Source: Auritidibacter sp. Marseille-P8566
Lineage (GTDB): Bacteria > Actinomycetota > Actinomycetes > Actinomycetales > Microbacteriaceae
Length of the DNA stretch: 64,000 nucleotides
Reading direction: 5' to 3'
NCBI GenBank assembly: GCA_945860535.1
Contig: CAMAQN010000001.1
Span: forward strand, 55,236-119,235
This document shows, piece by piece, positions 31,804-41,055 of this stretch. Position numbers and translations under genes: made by a program. Under the pieces are notes generated by a model. It was not told the DNA's origin and ran no database searches. It saw nothing but the letters and a program-made list of their open reading frames with translations. Position 1 is the stretch's first letter. Every line of letters starts with the position of its first letter.

Positions 31804-33218
31804 GACTCAACCACCTCTTTCGCTAGCGCCCTTGCGTTAAATGGGACTTTCTGACCGGCAATCTCCCGATATGTGAGGTGCCCGGGACCACACCACAGCA
31901 CAGCGGAGTCTTCGGTTGTTTCTGAAACTGCTCGCTTGATCGCCTGCGCTGGGTCTGGAATCTCCAAGATTCTGCCCGAACCCGAGTTAGATCCAGCTGC
32001 TGTGATCAAGGCGTGTCGAATACTTGCCGGATCTTCGTCTCTTGGGTGCTGATCGGTAATGATCAAAAGATCAGCATTCGATCCCGCAATACCCATTTGG
32101 CTGCGCTTGCCCTGGTCTCGATTTCCAGAGGCACCTAGCACCAAGGTAAGGGTTGGATAACGCTGTTTCAGCTCCATCACTGCGCTCTCCACCCCGGCAG
32201 GAGTGTGGGCATAGTCAACATAAACGTGGGGCTTTGCTTGAGAAATCAGCTCCAAACGTCCCGGAACAAAAAGTTCAGTTGAGCTAACCGCTGTCTCAAG
32301 TTCACTTGCGCTAAAACCGGCGTCGAGCAACATCACCAACGCCAGAACCAAGTTCTTGGCCATCAGTGCTCCTTGCGAAAAGTGAACGCTGAGCTCGTGC
32401 TTGCCGGAAATCGTTAGCTGCTCAGCCTGGTAGCTATAGCTGTAATGCAGTCCTTTTCCAATGCCCACCGCTGGGATTTTGGAGGACTCTAGAAGCTGTC
32501 GGGCATAGTCATCCTCGACAAGAACAACGCCTTTTTTGGCGTATTTCTCTGTGAATAACGCTGCTTTGGCGTCTAGATACTGCTCCATGGTTGAAAAGTC
32601 ATCCAGGTGATCGCGAGACAGATTGCTAAAACCCACAACCTCGAATGCCACACCATCTACTCGGTGTCGGATAAGCGCTTGGGCGGAGACCTCGATGGCT
32701 GCGTGGTGCGCGCCAGCTAATCGCATCTGCGCCAACAGGTCATGAAGCTCTGTGACCTCAGGGGAAGTGAGCGCAGCAGGAAGCTCGGTAGCTCCAACGA
32801 TTCGACTGGTCGAAGCGCTCATACCAGCGGGTTTTCCTAAGCCCAACAAAAGCTGATGCAGATAGTTGGTGGTGGAAGTCTTACCGTTGGTTCCGGTGAC
32901 CCCAAATAGTGTCATGCGAGATTCGGTGGAGCCATAAACCAGGTTGGCAATCTCCCCCGCGATTGACTTTGGATCTGGGTGCACAAGGGATGCAACACCC
33001 GCTACTTCCCTATCGGACAAAACTGCCACAGCGCCGTTTGCCAGTGCCTGATCCAAAAAATCCAGACCGTGGTGCTTTAGCCCCTGGGTTGCAATAAATA
33101 GCGAACCTGGTCTACACAAATTCGAGGCCAAAGCGACTGAGTTGATCTCAACATCGTCACCGCTTCGAGAAAGACTAAATTTCTGAGCGATGAGACTAGT
33201 TGCGAGGTTCGACTTCAC
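31800..33218 (-). CDS. murE: MurE amino-acid ligase
   Basis: GTNGKTST, EVSAQA, DHLD and VDYAHTP motifs. Start moved to GTG 33218 because the ORF-track start overlaps ftsI by more than 140 nt. Confidence 0.93.
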   Translation of the reverse strand: MKSNLATSLIAQKFSLSRSGDDVEINSVALASNLCRPGSLFIATQGLKHHGLDFLDQALANGAVAVLSDREVAGVASLVHPDPKSIAGEIANLVYGSTESRMTLFGVTGTNGKTSTTNYLHQLLLGLGKPAGMSASTSRIVGATELPAALTSPEVTELHDLLAQMRLAGAHHAAIEVSAQALIRHRVDGVAFEVVGFSNLSRDHLDDFSTMEQYLDAKAALFTEKYAKKGVVLVEDDYARQLLESSKIPAVGIGKGLHYSYSYQAEQLTISGKHELSVHFSQGALMAKNLVLALVMLLDAGFSASELETAVSSTELFVPGRLELISQAKPHVYVDYAHTPAGVESAVMELKQRYPTLTLVLGASGNRDQGKRSQMGIAGSNADLLIITDQHPRDEDPASIRHALITAAGSNSGSGRILEIPDPAQAIKRAVSETTEDSAVLWCGPGHLTYREIAGQKVPFNARALAKEVVES

Positions 33219-34974
33219 CGTTGGATCCTGATGGTAGGTCTGGGGATTTCGTGGTGGATGGTGGCACGCGATAGGTCTTGAGAGCCTGCTGCATGATCGC
33301 TTTGAATGGGAAGGTCGCCTGAAGCGAGTTTGATACGCCAACTGCCTTGTAGATGGTGATGCCTACTATGAACTTTGGATTCTCCGCCGGAGCCAGACCA
33401 TAGAAGGAAATCGCGAACTGTGATCCGTAGCCAGAGCCGTCCTTGATCTGTGCCGTACCGGTTTTACCCGCTACGCGATAGCCGTCTATCTGTGCATTTC
33501 GACCGACGCCACCAAACTCAACAACCTTTTCCATCAGGTTTAGGTTCAGCTTTGCGGTTTCTTTGGAAACCACACGGGTGGCATTTTGTTTAGGCTGGTA
33601 AATGATTGAGCCATCATCGGCGGTGCAGTTCTCCACCAGAATCGGGTCTAGCCTGACGCCTTCGTTAGCCATCGCCTGGTAGGCGTAAGCCATCTGAATT
33701 CCAGTGACCGAAATACCTTGACCATAGGTCGTGGCGTAGTTGGTCATCTTGTCCCAATCTTTGTAGTTGTGCAAGATTCCTGAGCTCTCACCCTCGAATC
33801 GAAGCGGGCTAACCGAACCAAAACCAAACTTTTGCAGGTAGTTGTATCTGGTTTCTTTGTCGATCTTGACTCCAAAGCTAGACATTCCAGTGTTGGAGGA
33901 ATATCTAAGGACTCCTCCAAGGGTTAGGTTGAATGGCTCGTGTCCAAAGCTGTCTTTGATCCAACCACCGGCAAAGTCAAGCTTCATGTAGTCAGGGGCT
34001 CTCACGGTGTCATACGCGTTGGCAGTCTTGGTGTCCAAGACCATGGCGGAGGTAAGCGCCTTCATGATCGAACCTGGTTCGAATGCTGCCTGGAAGATTT
34101 TTGAACCGCGGTTGTTGGCATCGGAGGCTGCCGGATCGTTTGGGTCAACCGATGGGGCTTCAGCAGCTGCTAAAAGTTTGCCGGTTTCAACTTCCACGAC
34201 CACCGCTGATGCCCACTGCGCACCTAGGTTGTTCACGGTGTCAGCCAAAACTTGCTGAGCAAAGAACTGCAGGTTAGCATCTATCGCAAGGTTTAAGGTG
34301 CCGCCGTTTTGGGTTGGCTGGGTAGTGACGTTTGAGGTTGGAATGCGAACCCCTTCGGCACTTCGCTCATAAGTTTCCTGGCCGTCAATACCCGCAAGGC
34401 AGGTGTTGTATTGGCGTTCAAGGCCAGCTAGTGGTTCGCCATCGGAACCGACAAAACCAATCACGTTTCCAGCAACTGCACCATTTGGATACAACCGGTC
34501 TGCAAATGCATCAAAGTAAATCCAAGGGATGCTCAGTTCCCTAATGGCGTTATAGGTCTCGGCATCAACCTTTTTGGCCAGGCTCGAATACTCGCTATCT
34601 CCGGCGAGCAACAAAGTTAATTCCTGTGTGCTTAGTTCTATCAGCGGAGCAAGTTCTGCCACGATTTGCTCGACCGTGCGCTCGGTGCGAACACCATCAA
34701 CGGTCTTAAAGACGCTACCGACATTCTTGGGTGCGGCATTCACGTCGTAGCGGAAGACGGTCCTTGCAAGCACCTGCCCAGAAGAATCGCGGATTTGACC
34801 CCTAAGGGCGGGAAGCGTTTGAGTAATTGAGCGCGAATTGAACGACTCTTCGCGAATCTCGGCGGCTCGAACAACCTGGAAATCAACTAGGCGAATTCCA
34901 AGACCAACAACCATAGCCACAAGAATTAGGGCAAATACACCGAGCCTGCGACTCAGTGATCGGTGCGTACCCAT
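33196..34974 (-). CDS. ftsI: Class B penicillin-binding protein FtsI
   Basis: SIMK (SxxK), SSN (SxN) and KTG motifs; N-terminal TM and dimerisation domain. Confidence 0.95.
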   Translation of the reverse strand: MGTHRSLSRRLGVFALILVAMVVGLGIRLVDFQVVRAAEIREESFNSRSITQTLPALRGQIRDSSGQVLARTVFRYDVNAAPKNVGSVFKTVDGVRTERTVEQIVAELAPLIELSTQELTLLLAGDSEYSSLAKKVDAETYNAIRELSIPWIYFDAFADRLYPNGAVAGNVIGFVGSDGEPLAGLERQYNTCLAGIDGQETYERSAEGVRIPTSNVTTQPTQNGGTLNLAIDANLQFFAQQVLADTVNNLGAQWASAVVVEVETGKLLAAAEAPSVDPNDPAASDANNRGSKIFQAAFEPGSIMKALTSAMVLDTKTANAYDTVRAPDYMKLDFAGGWIKDSFGHEPFNLTLGGVLRYSSNTGMSSFGVKIDKETRYNYLQKFGFGSVSPLRFEGESSGILHNYKDWDKMTNYATTYGQGISVTGIQMAYAYQAMANEGVRLDPILVENCTADDGSIIYQPKQNATRVVSKETAKLNLNLMEKVVEFGGVGRNAQIDGYRVAGKTGTAQIKDGSGYGSQFAISFYGLAPAENPKFIVGITIYKAVGVSNSLQATFPFKAIMQQALKTYRVPPSTTKSPDLPSGSNGEVEPRN

Positions 34975-34980
34975 GGTGGC

Positions 34981-35499
34981 CTATCTGGTTGGTGAAGCTG
35001 GGATGAGACCCGACTCCAAAACTAGGCCAGAAAGGGCTGGTTTCTGCGTTTCGACACTCTCAGATACCGCAGCGCTGGCAACCGTTGCCGCGGTGAAATC
35101 AGAGACGGTTCCCATTGCAGAGTTGGCAACAAGGTTTGCGGAGACTACGACCGCATTTTCTGCGCTGGCAGGACGAGGCTTACCAAATACTCGGTCGTTC
35201 TCGATATCCAAAAGGACTGAAGCTGGGTTGGCGACCATGCCTAGACGGTTTGCGGCATCGGCCAGGTTCTGTGGTGATGCGAGCGAGTCGACCTCTTCCT
35301 GAAGGATCTGAACCTGAGTTGCTAGGTCACGCTTTTCAATCTTTAGGGAGCGCAGGTGGTAGGCATCCTGAGTAAGGACCATGTTTATCACTAGCTGTCC
35401 CAGTAGTACGACGACGATGCCGACCACGATGATCAGACCGGCTGTCATCTTTGGACGCAGCTGTTTGGCCTGAGCCTGCGAAACCATGTAAACCGCCAT
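34981..35499 (-). CDS. FtsL-like cell division protein
   Basis: One TM helix, coiled coil, SPQNL...A..LGMV motif; between rsmH and ftsI. Confidence 0.8.
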   Translation of the reverse strand: MAVYMVSQAQAKQLRPKMTAGLIIVVGIVVVLLGQLVINMVLTQDAYHLRSLKIEKRDLATQVQILQEEVDSLASPQNLADAANRLGMVANPASVLLDIENDRVFGKPRPASAENAVVVSANLVANSAMGTVSDFTAATVASAAVSESVETQKPALSGLVLESGLIPASPTR

Positions 35500-36455
35500 T
35501 AGTTACCCTCCAGTTTTTCTGCAGCCCGAAGCCTTGCCGAAGCAGACCTTGGGTTTTTCTCCAGTTCCAATTCCGTGGCGCGCTCTACGCCACGGGTGAT
35601 GATCTTCAAAACCGGTGCAGTGCCAGGCAATTCGACTGGCATGTCAACCGGAGTAGAGCTTGTGGCGGCCGCTTGGAGGGCATCTTTGACAATCCCGTCC
35701 TCCAGGGAGTGGTATGACATAACCACTAGGCGACCGCCAACAGCCAATGCGTCAATCGCCTGAGGCATGGCGTCTTCTAGAACACCTAGCTCATCGTTGA
35801 CGGCAATTCTTAGGGCCTGGTAAATCCGCTTGGCTGGGTGGCCGTTGGTCTTACCGGGAGCAACCGGGACAACATCGATAACGATCTTGTTCAGCTGGGT
35901 TGAAGTTGTGATTGGAGTTACAGCACGCTCGCGAACTATGCGCCTAGCGATTGGTCCTGCGAAGCGCTCCTCGCCATAGCGACGGAAAATTCGAGCTAGT
36001 TCGCTCTCATCCATGCTGGCCAGCAGGTCAGCCGCAGTTTTACCGCTGGTCTGATCCATGCGCATGTCCAGCTCTGCCTCTTGAGCGTAGGAAAAGCCTC
36101 GGTCTGCAATATCAAGCTGCATTGAGCTGACGCCGAGGTCCATCAAGATTCCGTGGACCGCTGGAATCTCTAGTCGGTCCAAAATCGATTCGATCTCGTC
36201 GTAGACCGCAAGCACTGGGATAAAGCGCTCACCGAACTGCGCAAGGCGCTCAGAGGCAAGAGCAATCGCGCTTGGGTCGCGGTCGATTCCAATCACAGTC
36301 AAGGTTGGGTTCTGGGCCAATAGCGCTTCGGTGTGGCCGCCAAGCCCCAAAGTGCAGTCGATTGCCACCGGCTTGGAAACGCTAAAGCCTGGCTGCAATA
36401 GGTCAAGGCAGCGCTGAAGCATTACTGGGGAATGCAATTGGGAAGTTTGAATCAT
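35499..36455 (-). CDS. rsmH: 16S rRNA m4C1402 methyltransferase
   Basis: DCTLGLGGH, DLGVSSMQLD, YHSLED and NPRSASA motifs. Confidence 0.97.
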   Translation of the reverse strand: MIQTSQLHSPVMLQRCLDLLQPGFSVSKPVAIDCTLGLGGHTEALLAQNPTLTVIGIDRDPSAIALASERLAQFGERFIPVLAVYDEIESILDRLEIPAVHGILMDLGVSSMQLDIADRGFSYAQEAELDMRMDQTSGKTAADLLASMDESELARIFRRYGEERFAGPIARRIVRERAVTPITTSTQLNKIVIDVVPVAPGKTNGHPAKRIYQALRIAVNDELGVLEDAMPQAIDALAVGGRLVVMSYHSLEDGIVKDALQAAATSSTPVDMPVELPGTAPVLKIITRGVERATELELEKNPRSASARLRAAEKLEGN

Positions 36456-36474
36456 GAGAATCCCTTATGTCCTG

Positions 36475-36572
36475 CCCTGCACCTTGGTCCTTGTCCGTTT
36501 GTGAGCTTGATTTTCACTTGTTCCGACTTCGGGGAAGAAGGCCGGTACACGGCCAAGGGCCAAGGTGCAGGG
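36475..36572 (-). ncRNA. mraW RNA motif (cis hairpin between mraZ and rsmH)
   Basis: Long stem CCCTGCACCTTGGCCCTTG / CAAGGACCAAGGTGCAGGG capped by an inner hairpin with loop CTTCCCC (36537-36531). Both loop and position match the actinobacterial mraW motif. Confidence 0.85.
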
Positions 36573-37004
36573 TTAGAACAACCCGGGGATCACCTCCTCC
36601 GCCTGTGAGGAGAAACCGTCTTCGTTGCGGGCTAGGTAGTCATTCCAGGTCTGGGCATCCCAGATCTCGGCTCTTGCGCCAACACCGATAATGACCAACT
36701 CTTTGGAAAGGTTCGCGTAATCGCGAAGTAGCTGTGGCAGTAGCACTCGACCCTGCTTGTCCGGGGTCTCATCAGTTGCACCAGATAGGAAAACACGTAG
36801 GTAACGACGAGCTTCTTCATTGGTAAGAGGTGCCTGGCGGATCTTGTCGTGCACGGATGCGAATTCTTTGCTGGAGAAGACATAGAGGCATCGCTCTTGG
36901 CCGCGGGTGATAACAACACCGTCACCAAGCTCATCGCGGAACTTGGCGGGAAGAATTAGGCGGCCCTTTTCGTCCAGCTTGGGCGTGTGAGTACCAAGTA
37001 GCAC
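36573..37004 (-). CDS. mraZ: Transcriptional regulator MraZ
   Basis: [10 protein letters not shown] and DKQGRVLLP duplicated DxxGR motifs. Confidence 0.97.
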   Translation of the reverse strand: MLLGTHTPKLDEKGRLILPAKFRDELGDGVVITRGQERCLYVFSSKEFASVHDKIRQAPLTNEEARRYLRVFLSGATDETPDKQGRVLLPQLLRDYANLSKELVIIGVGARAEIWDAQTWNDYLARNEDGFSSQAEEVIPGLF

Positions 37005-37029
37005 TTCGACCCCTTTCCCAAGCTGTTTC

Positions 37030-37060
37030 CTCCACTTTACTCCACTTTACTCCACTTTGC
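37030..37060 (-). promoter_or_regulatory. MraZ operator: three 10-bp tandem repeats
   Basis: GCAAAGTGGA-GTAAAGTGGA-GTAAAGTGGA-G upstream of mraZ, with GTGGAG core at helical periodicity. Confidence 0.85.
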
Positions 37061-37108
37061 ATTAATTTGGCGTGTTTATATCACGTTTTGGTCACCTTTT
37101 GTTAAATG

Positions 37109-37132
37109 AAAAAACCCCGCGAAAGCGGGGTT
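37109..37132 (-). terminator. Intrinsic terminator after the DUF3040 gene
   Basis: AACCCCGC-TTTC-GCGGGGTT hairpin followed by a T tract on the minus strand. Confidence 0.85.
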
Positions 37133-37145
37133 AGGTCAGGTTTTG

Positions 37146-37490
37146 CTATTCGTTGCCGAAGCGTTGATTCCAACGATCCTCAAAGAAAGCTGTCTTTGGC
37201 TTGTCGCCTGCGGCTGGAAGTTCCGGAAGTCTGAAGTTTGCGCTGGCGATAACCAGCCCAATCACCATTACCAAGAATGCAACGACACCAAAAAATGCCA
37301 CCTGTAGGGCAACGGCCAAGACCAAAAGTCCCAGGCCGGAGAGCAGAATCAACACGCCAAGCACCAGCTTCCCTGCCGACTGATTGGCACTGGTGGTGCT
37401 GGAGATGGTCTTAGCAAACTCGGCGTCTTGCGCCATAAGGTTGCGTTCCATCTCTTCGAGCAGTTTTTGCTCGCGCTCAGATAGTCCCAT
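37146..37490 (-). CDS. DUF3040 membrane protein
   Basis: MGLSEREQKLLEEMERNL...D, two TM helices, C-terminal FFEDRW; conserved upstream of mraZ. ATG 37490 follows GGAG. Confidence 0.9.
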   Translation of the reverse strand: MGLSEREQKLLEEMERNLMAQDAEFAKTISSTTSANQSAGKLVLGVLILLSGLGLLVLAVALQVAFFGVVAFLVMVIGLVIASANFRLPELPAAGDKPKTAFFEDRWNQRFGNE

Positions 37491-37546
37491 TGTGAACTCC
37501 AATCTTCCCTAATTGTAAACAGCGAAGCTCAGTTAGGCTATCCCTT

Positions 37547-38647
37547 ATGTCTCAAGGTTTTCTACTAAATCTGGTCCAGCACCGTTTGGATGTGTATTGC
37601 GACCTCAAGCGTTCTGAGCTAACTGAGATCTCAGATGACTTAGTGCCCATCATCGACTACACCCAAGATCTACTTGCCGGCGGCAAGCGATTCCGCGCGC
37701 TGTTTGCCTTCTGGGCCTGGGCGGGCTACCAAGTGGTAGAGGTTGCCACCGAGAAACTGAGCGCTGAGACGCCTGTGGTTTCGGTGGCGGCCGCGCTGGA
37801 AATGTTCCACGCGGCAGCCCTGGTTCACGATGATCTACTGGATCAGTCCGATACACGCAGAGGGAAACCTGCGATCCACAAGCGTTTCGAGTCTTTGCAC
37901 CAATCCAGCAGATTTGCTGGCAGCGCGGAGCGCTTTGGAGTTGCAGGTTCAGTACTGGTGGGCGACATGATGTTGTCTTGGTCATCGGAACTCTTCGGTG
38001 ACGCCCTGCTGCACTCCCCCGGCGAAGTGATTGAAGCAGCCTGTCGAACCGAGTTCTCAAAGATGCGTTTTGAGGTTATGGCTGGTCAATACCTTGATGT
38101 CCTAGAGGAAAATGCCGCACCACTTCGTTCGAAGTCTGAGGCAGTGGCTCGAGCCAACAAGGTAATGCTCTATAAAACCGCCAAATACAGCCTTGAGGCA
38201 CCACTGTTGATTGGCGCCGCCCTAGGCGGTGCTCACGAATCAGAGCTGAAGAGCCTGAGTAACTTTGGGATCCCGCTGGGTCTTGCATTCCAGCTCAGGG
38301 ACGACATTCTTGGTGTTTTTGGCGACCCTCAGGTCACTGGAAAGCCGGCCGGCGATGACCTTCGCGAGGGTAAGCGAACTGTTTTGATTGGTCTGACCTT
38401 GGAAGCACTGCCGGTAAGCGTTGCGAACATCTTTGAAGAGCTGTTGGTTAGCGGAGATCTCGATATCGAGCAGATCGACTTCATGAGAAATGCCATTGTG
38501 GACTCCGGTGCCCTTGCCAAGACTGAAGCTTTGATTGAGCAGTACTCAGACAGGGCGATTGAAGCGCTAGCTGAGCTGGAAATCTCAGAGCAGGGTCGTA
38601 AAGAACTTGCGAATCTGACTGACGCGGTAATCAACCGCAGTAAGTAA
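37547..38647 (+). CDS. Polyprenyl diphosphate synthase (GGPP synthase type)
   Basis: GGKRFR, HDDLLDQSDTRRG (FARM), FQLRDD (SARM) and GDDLREGK motifs. Confidence 0.94.
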   Translation: MSQGFLLNLVQHRLDVYCDLKRSELTEISDDLVPIIDYTQDLLAGGKRFRALFAFWAWAGYQVVEVATEKLSAETPVVSVAAALEMFHAAALVHDDLLDQSDTRRGKPAIHKRFESLHQSSRFAGSAERFGVAGSVLVGDMMLSWSSELFGDALLHSPGEVIEAACRTEFSKMRFEVMAGQYLDVLEENAAPLRSKSEAVARANKVMLYKTAKYSLEAPLLIGAALGGAHESELKSLSNFGIPLGLAFQLRDDILGVFGDPQVTGKPAGDDLREGKRTVLIGLTLEALPVSVANIFEELLVSGDLDIEQIDFMRNAIVDSGALAKTEALIEQYSDRAIEALAELEISEQGRKELANLTDAVINRSK

Positions 38648-38651
38648 GGCT

Positions 38652-38990
38652 TTAGCCCAGTGACTGAGCAGCTCTTCTAACCGGAGCCTTGTGCCCCTCA
38701 AGAAGTGCCGCAATCGGAGTTCTACCCAAGTGCTCGTTCTCGGCATAAATCCATTGAATTGCCTCGTCGAGAGTCAGGCTGCAGTCAAGCAATAGGAACA
38801 GGGTTCCTCGAATGCTTGAAAGCGGTTCACCGTTTTGAATTAGGTGAGCTGGAATCATTGGCTGCTTGTCGACTCGGACACTAAACAGCACGTGCTCCTC
38901 GATCAACCTTCTCACCTTGGATGCAGAGATACCTAGTTGTTCACCGGCCTGGTCAATGGTTAGCCAGCTATCGACACCTGGAAGTGACAT
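38652..38990 (-). CDS. Rv2175c-family DNA-binding protein
   Basis: N-terminal HTH (WLTIDQAGEQLGISASKVRRLI), C-terminal PIAALLEG..VRR.AQ; conserved position. Confidence 0.88.
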   Translation of the reverse strand: MSLPGVDSWLTIDQAGEQLGISASKVRRLIEEHVLFSVRVDKQPMIPAHLIQNGEPLSSIRGTLFLLLDCSLTLDEAIQWIYAENEHLGRTPIAALLEGHKAPVRRAAQSLG

Positions 38991-38993
38991 CGA

Positions 38994-40334
38994 CTATCTC
39001 CTCTGAGTTTGGACGAGTTGCTCGGCAACCAAGAAGGCTAGCTCGAGCGACTGCATGTGGTTTAGGCGAGGGTCGCAGACCGATTCGTAGCGCTGCGCCA
39101 AAGTCGCTTCGTCGATCATCTCAGAACCACCAAGGCACTCGGCGACATCGTCACCGGTTAGCTCAACGTGCAGGCCACCTGGGTGAGTGCCAAGGGAGCG
39201 GTGAACCTCAAAGAAGCCCATAACCTCATCCATGACGTCTTCAAATCGACGCGACTTGTAGCCATTGGCGGTGGTGATACCATTGCCGTGCATTGGGTCG
39301 GTGATCCACAGTGGCGTTGAGCCGGTTTCCTTGGCTGCCTGAATTAGCTTTGGCAGCTCTTCGCGAATCTTGCCGGCACCCATTCGAGAAATCAGGGTCA
39401 AGCGACCTGGCTCGCGGTTTGGGTCTAGTTTTTCGATCATCTTTTTTAGGTCATCAACCGAGGTGGTTGGTCCAAGCTTTACACCCAGTGGGTTTCTAAC
39501 CCGAGAGAAGAAGTCAAGGTGTGCACCATCTAGCTGTCTGGTGCGCTCACCCACCCAGACGAAGTGACCTGAGGTCACATATGGGGTGTCAGTTCGAGAG
39601 TCGATTCTGGTCATCGGGCGCTCGTAGTCAAACAGTAATCCCTCGTGAGAGACAAAGAACTCAGTGGCGCGAAGCTCCGCGGAATCAACGCCGCAAGCCT
39701 CCATAAACCTCATGGCCCGATCGATGTCACCGGCGATTGACTCGTACTGCTTGTTTGCAGGATTGTCGGTGAAGCCCTTGTTCCAAGCATGCACCTGACG
39801 AAGATCAGCAAATCCACCGGTGGTGAAGGCGCGGATTAGGTTCAAGGTGCTGGAAGAGGTGTGGTAGGCCTGCATCAGGCGTCTGGCGTCATTGCGGCGA
39901 GACTCCGCTGTGAACTCGTAACCATTGACTGCATCCCCGCGATAGGCAGGAAGAGTTACGCCGTCTCGGGTTTCAAAATCAGAAGATCTTGGCTTTGCAA
40001 ACTGTCCAGCCATGCGACCCATTTTGATGACAGGTAGCGATGAGCCATACATCAACACCACGGCCATCTGCAGCACGGTCTTGATTCGATTGCGAATTCG
40101 ATCTGCGGTGGCATCCACAAAAGTCTCGGCGCAGTCGCCGCCCTGCAATAAGAATGCCTCTCCCCTAGCCGCTTGCGCCAAACGCTCCCGCAGGGTGTCC
40201 ACCTCACCGGCAAACACCAGAGGTGGCTGTACGGAAAGTTCTTTCTTTACCTGCTCTAGTGCCAAAGCATCGGCCCAGGTTGGCTGCTGCTTAGCCTCTA
40301 GTTTGAGGTAATTGTCTAATCCGAAGTCTGTCAA
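38994..40334 (-). CDS. Class II DAHP synthase
   Basis: LQGGDCAE, GQFAKPRS, DPMHGN and CDPRLN motifs. Confidence 0.96.
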   Translation of the reverse strand: MTDFGLDNYLKLEAKQQPTWADALALEQVKKELSVQPPLVFAGEVDTLRERLAQAARGEAFLLQGGDCAETFVDATADRIRNRIKTVLQMAVVLMYGSSLPVIKMGRMAGQFAKPRSSDFETRDGVTLPAYRGDAVNGYEFTAESRRNDARRLMQAYHTSSSTLNLIRAFTTGGFADLRQVHAWNKGFTDNPANKQYESIAGDIDRAMRFMEACGVDSAELRATEFFVSHEGLLFDYERPMTRIDSRTDTPYVTSGHFVWVGERTRQLDGAHLDFFSRVRNPLGVKLGPTTSVDDLKKMIEKLDPNREPGRLTLISRMGAGKIREELPKLIQAAKETGSTPLWITDPMHGNGITTANGYKSRRFEDVMDEVMGFFEVHRSLGTHPGGLHVELTGDDVAECLGGSEMIDEATLAQRYESVCDPRLNHMQSLELAFLVAEQLVQTQRR

Positions 40335-40347
40335 TCTGTTCCCTTAG

Positions 40348-41052
40348 CTATGCAGCCCGAGCCAGGCGGTTCTTTACGGTGGAGGCGTAAACGTCTTCAT
40401 ACTCCTGATTGCTCAGCTGCATGATGTTGTAAACGATTAGATCGGTAACAGCGCGCAACACTGCGCGCTCTCCCTCCATGCCGGCAAATCGCGTGAAGTC
40501 CATTGGTTCACCAATAACTACTCCAACTCGGCGAATCTTTGGATATTTTGAACCAATTGGCTGCACCTTTTCGGTGTCAATCATTGCTACAGGAATAACT
40601 GGGACCTTGGCTTCTAGCACCATGCGAGCAATGCCGGTTCTGCCGCGGTAAAGCTTTGCATCGGGAGAACGAGTTCCCTCCGGGTAGATTCCAAGCAGTA
40701 AACCTCGCTCCAAAACGCCAAGACCGGTGTTTAGCGAATCTTCGGATGCCTTGCCGCCAGAACGGTCAATCGGTAGCTGCCCGGTCGCCTTGAAGAACCA
40801 ACGGATCAGCGCACCCTTTACACCCTTGCCGGTGAAGTAGTCGCTCTTAGCTAAGAAGGTAACTGGCCTTTTCACCTTGAGCGGCAAAAAGATTGAGTCA
40901 GAAAAAGATAGGTGGTTGGACGCGAGGATTGCGCCACCAGCATTTGGGACGTTCTTAGAACCTTTGACCCAGGGACGGAACAAAATCTGCAGAATTGGGC
41001 CAAGAATGAAGTTCTTGATAATGAAATAAGCCAATTTGTGCTCCAGTCGCAA
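40348..41052 (-). CDS. plsC: 1-acyl-sn-glycerol-3-phosphate acyltransferase
   Basis: NHLSFSD (HX4D) and YPEGTRS motifs. Confidence 0.92.
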   Translation of the reverse strand: MRLEHKLAYFIIKNFILGPILQILFRPWVKGSKNVPNAGGAILASNHLSFSDSIFLPLKVKRPVTFLAKSDYFTGKGVKGALIRWFFKATGQLPIDRSGGKASEDSLNTGLGVLERGLLLGIYPEGTRSPDAKLYRGRTGIARMVLEAKVPVIPVAMIDTEKVQPIGSKYPKIRRVGVVIGEPMDFTRFAGMEGERAVLRAVTDLIVYNIMQLSNQEYEDVYASTVKNRLARAA

Positions 41053-41055
41053 TGC

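Noticed and set aside
37030-37060. 10-bp tandem repeat as CRISPR, iteron or VNTR
   Set aside because: No spacers, only three units; position and GTGGAG core fit the MraZ operator.
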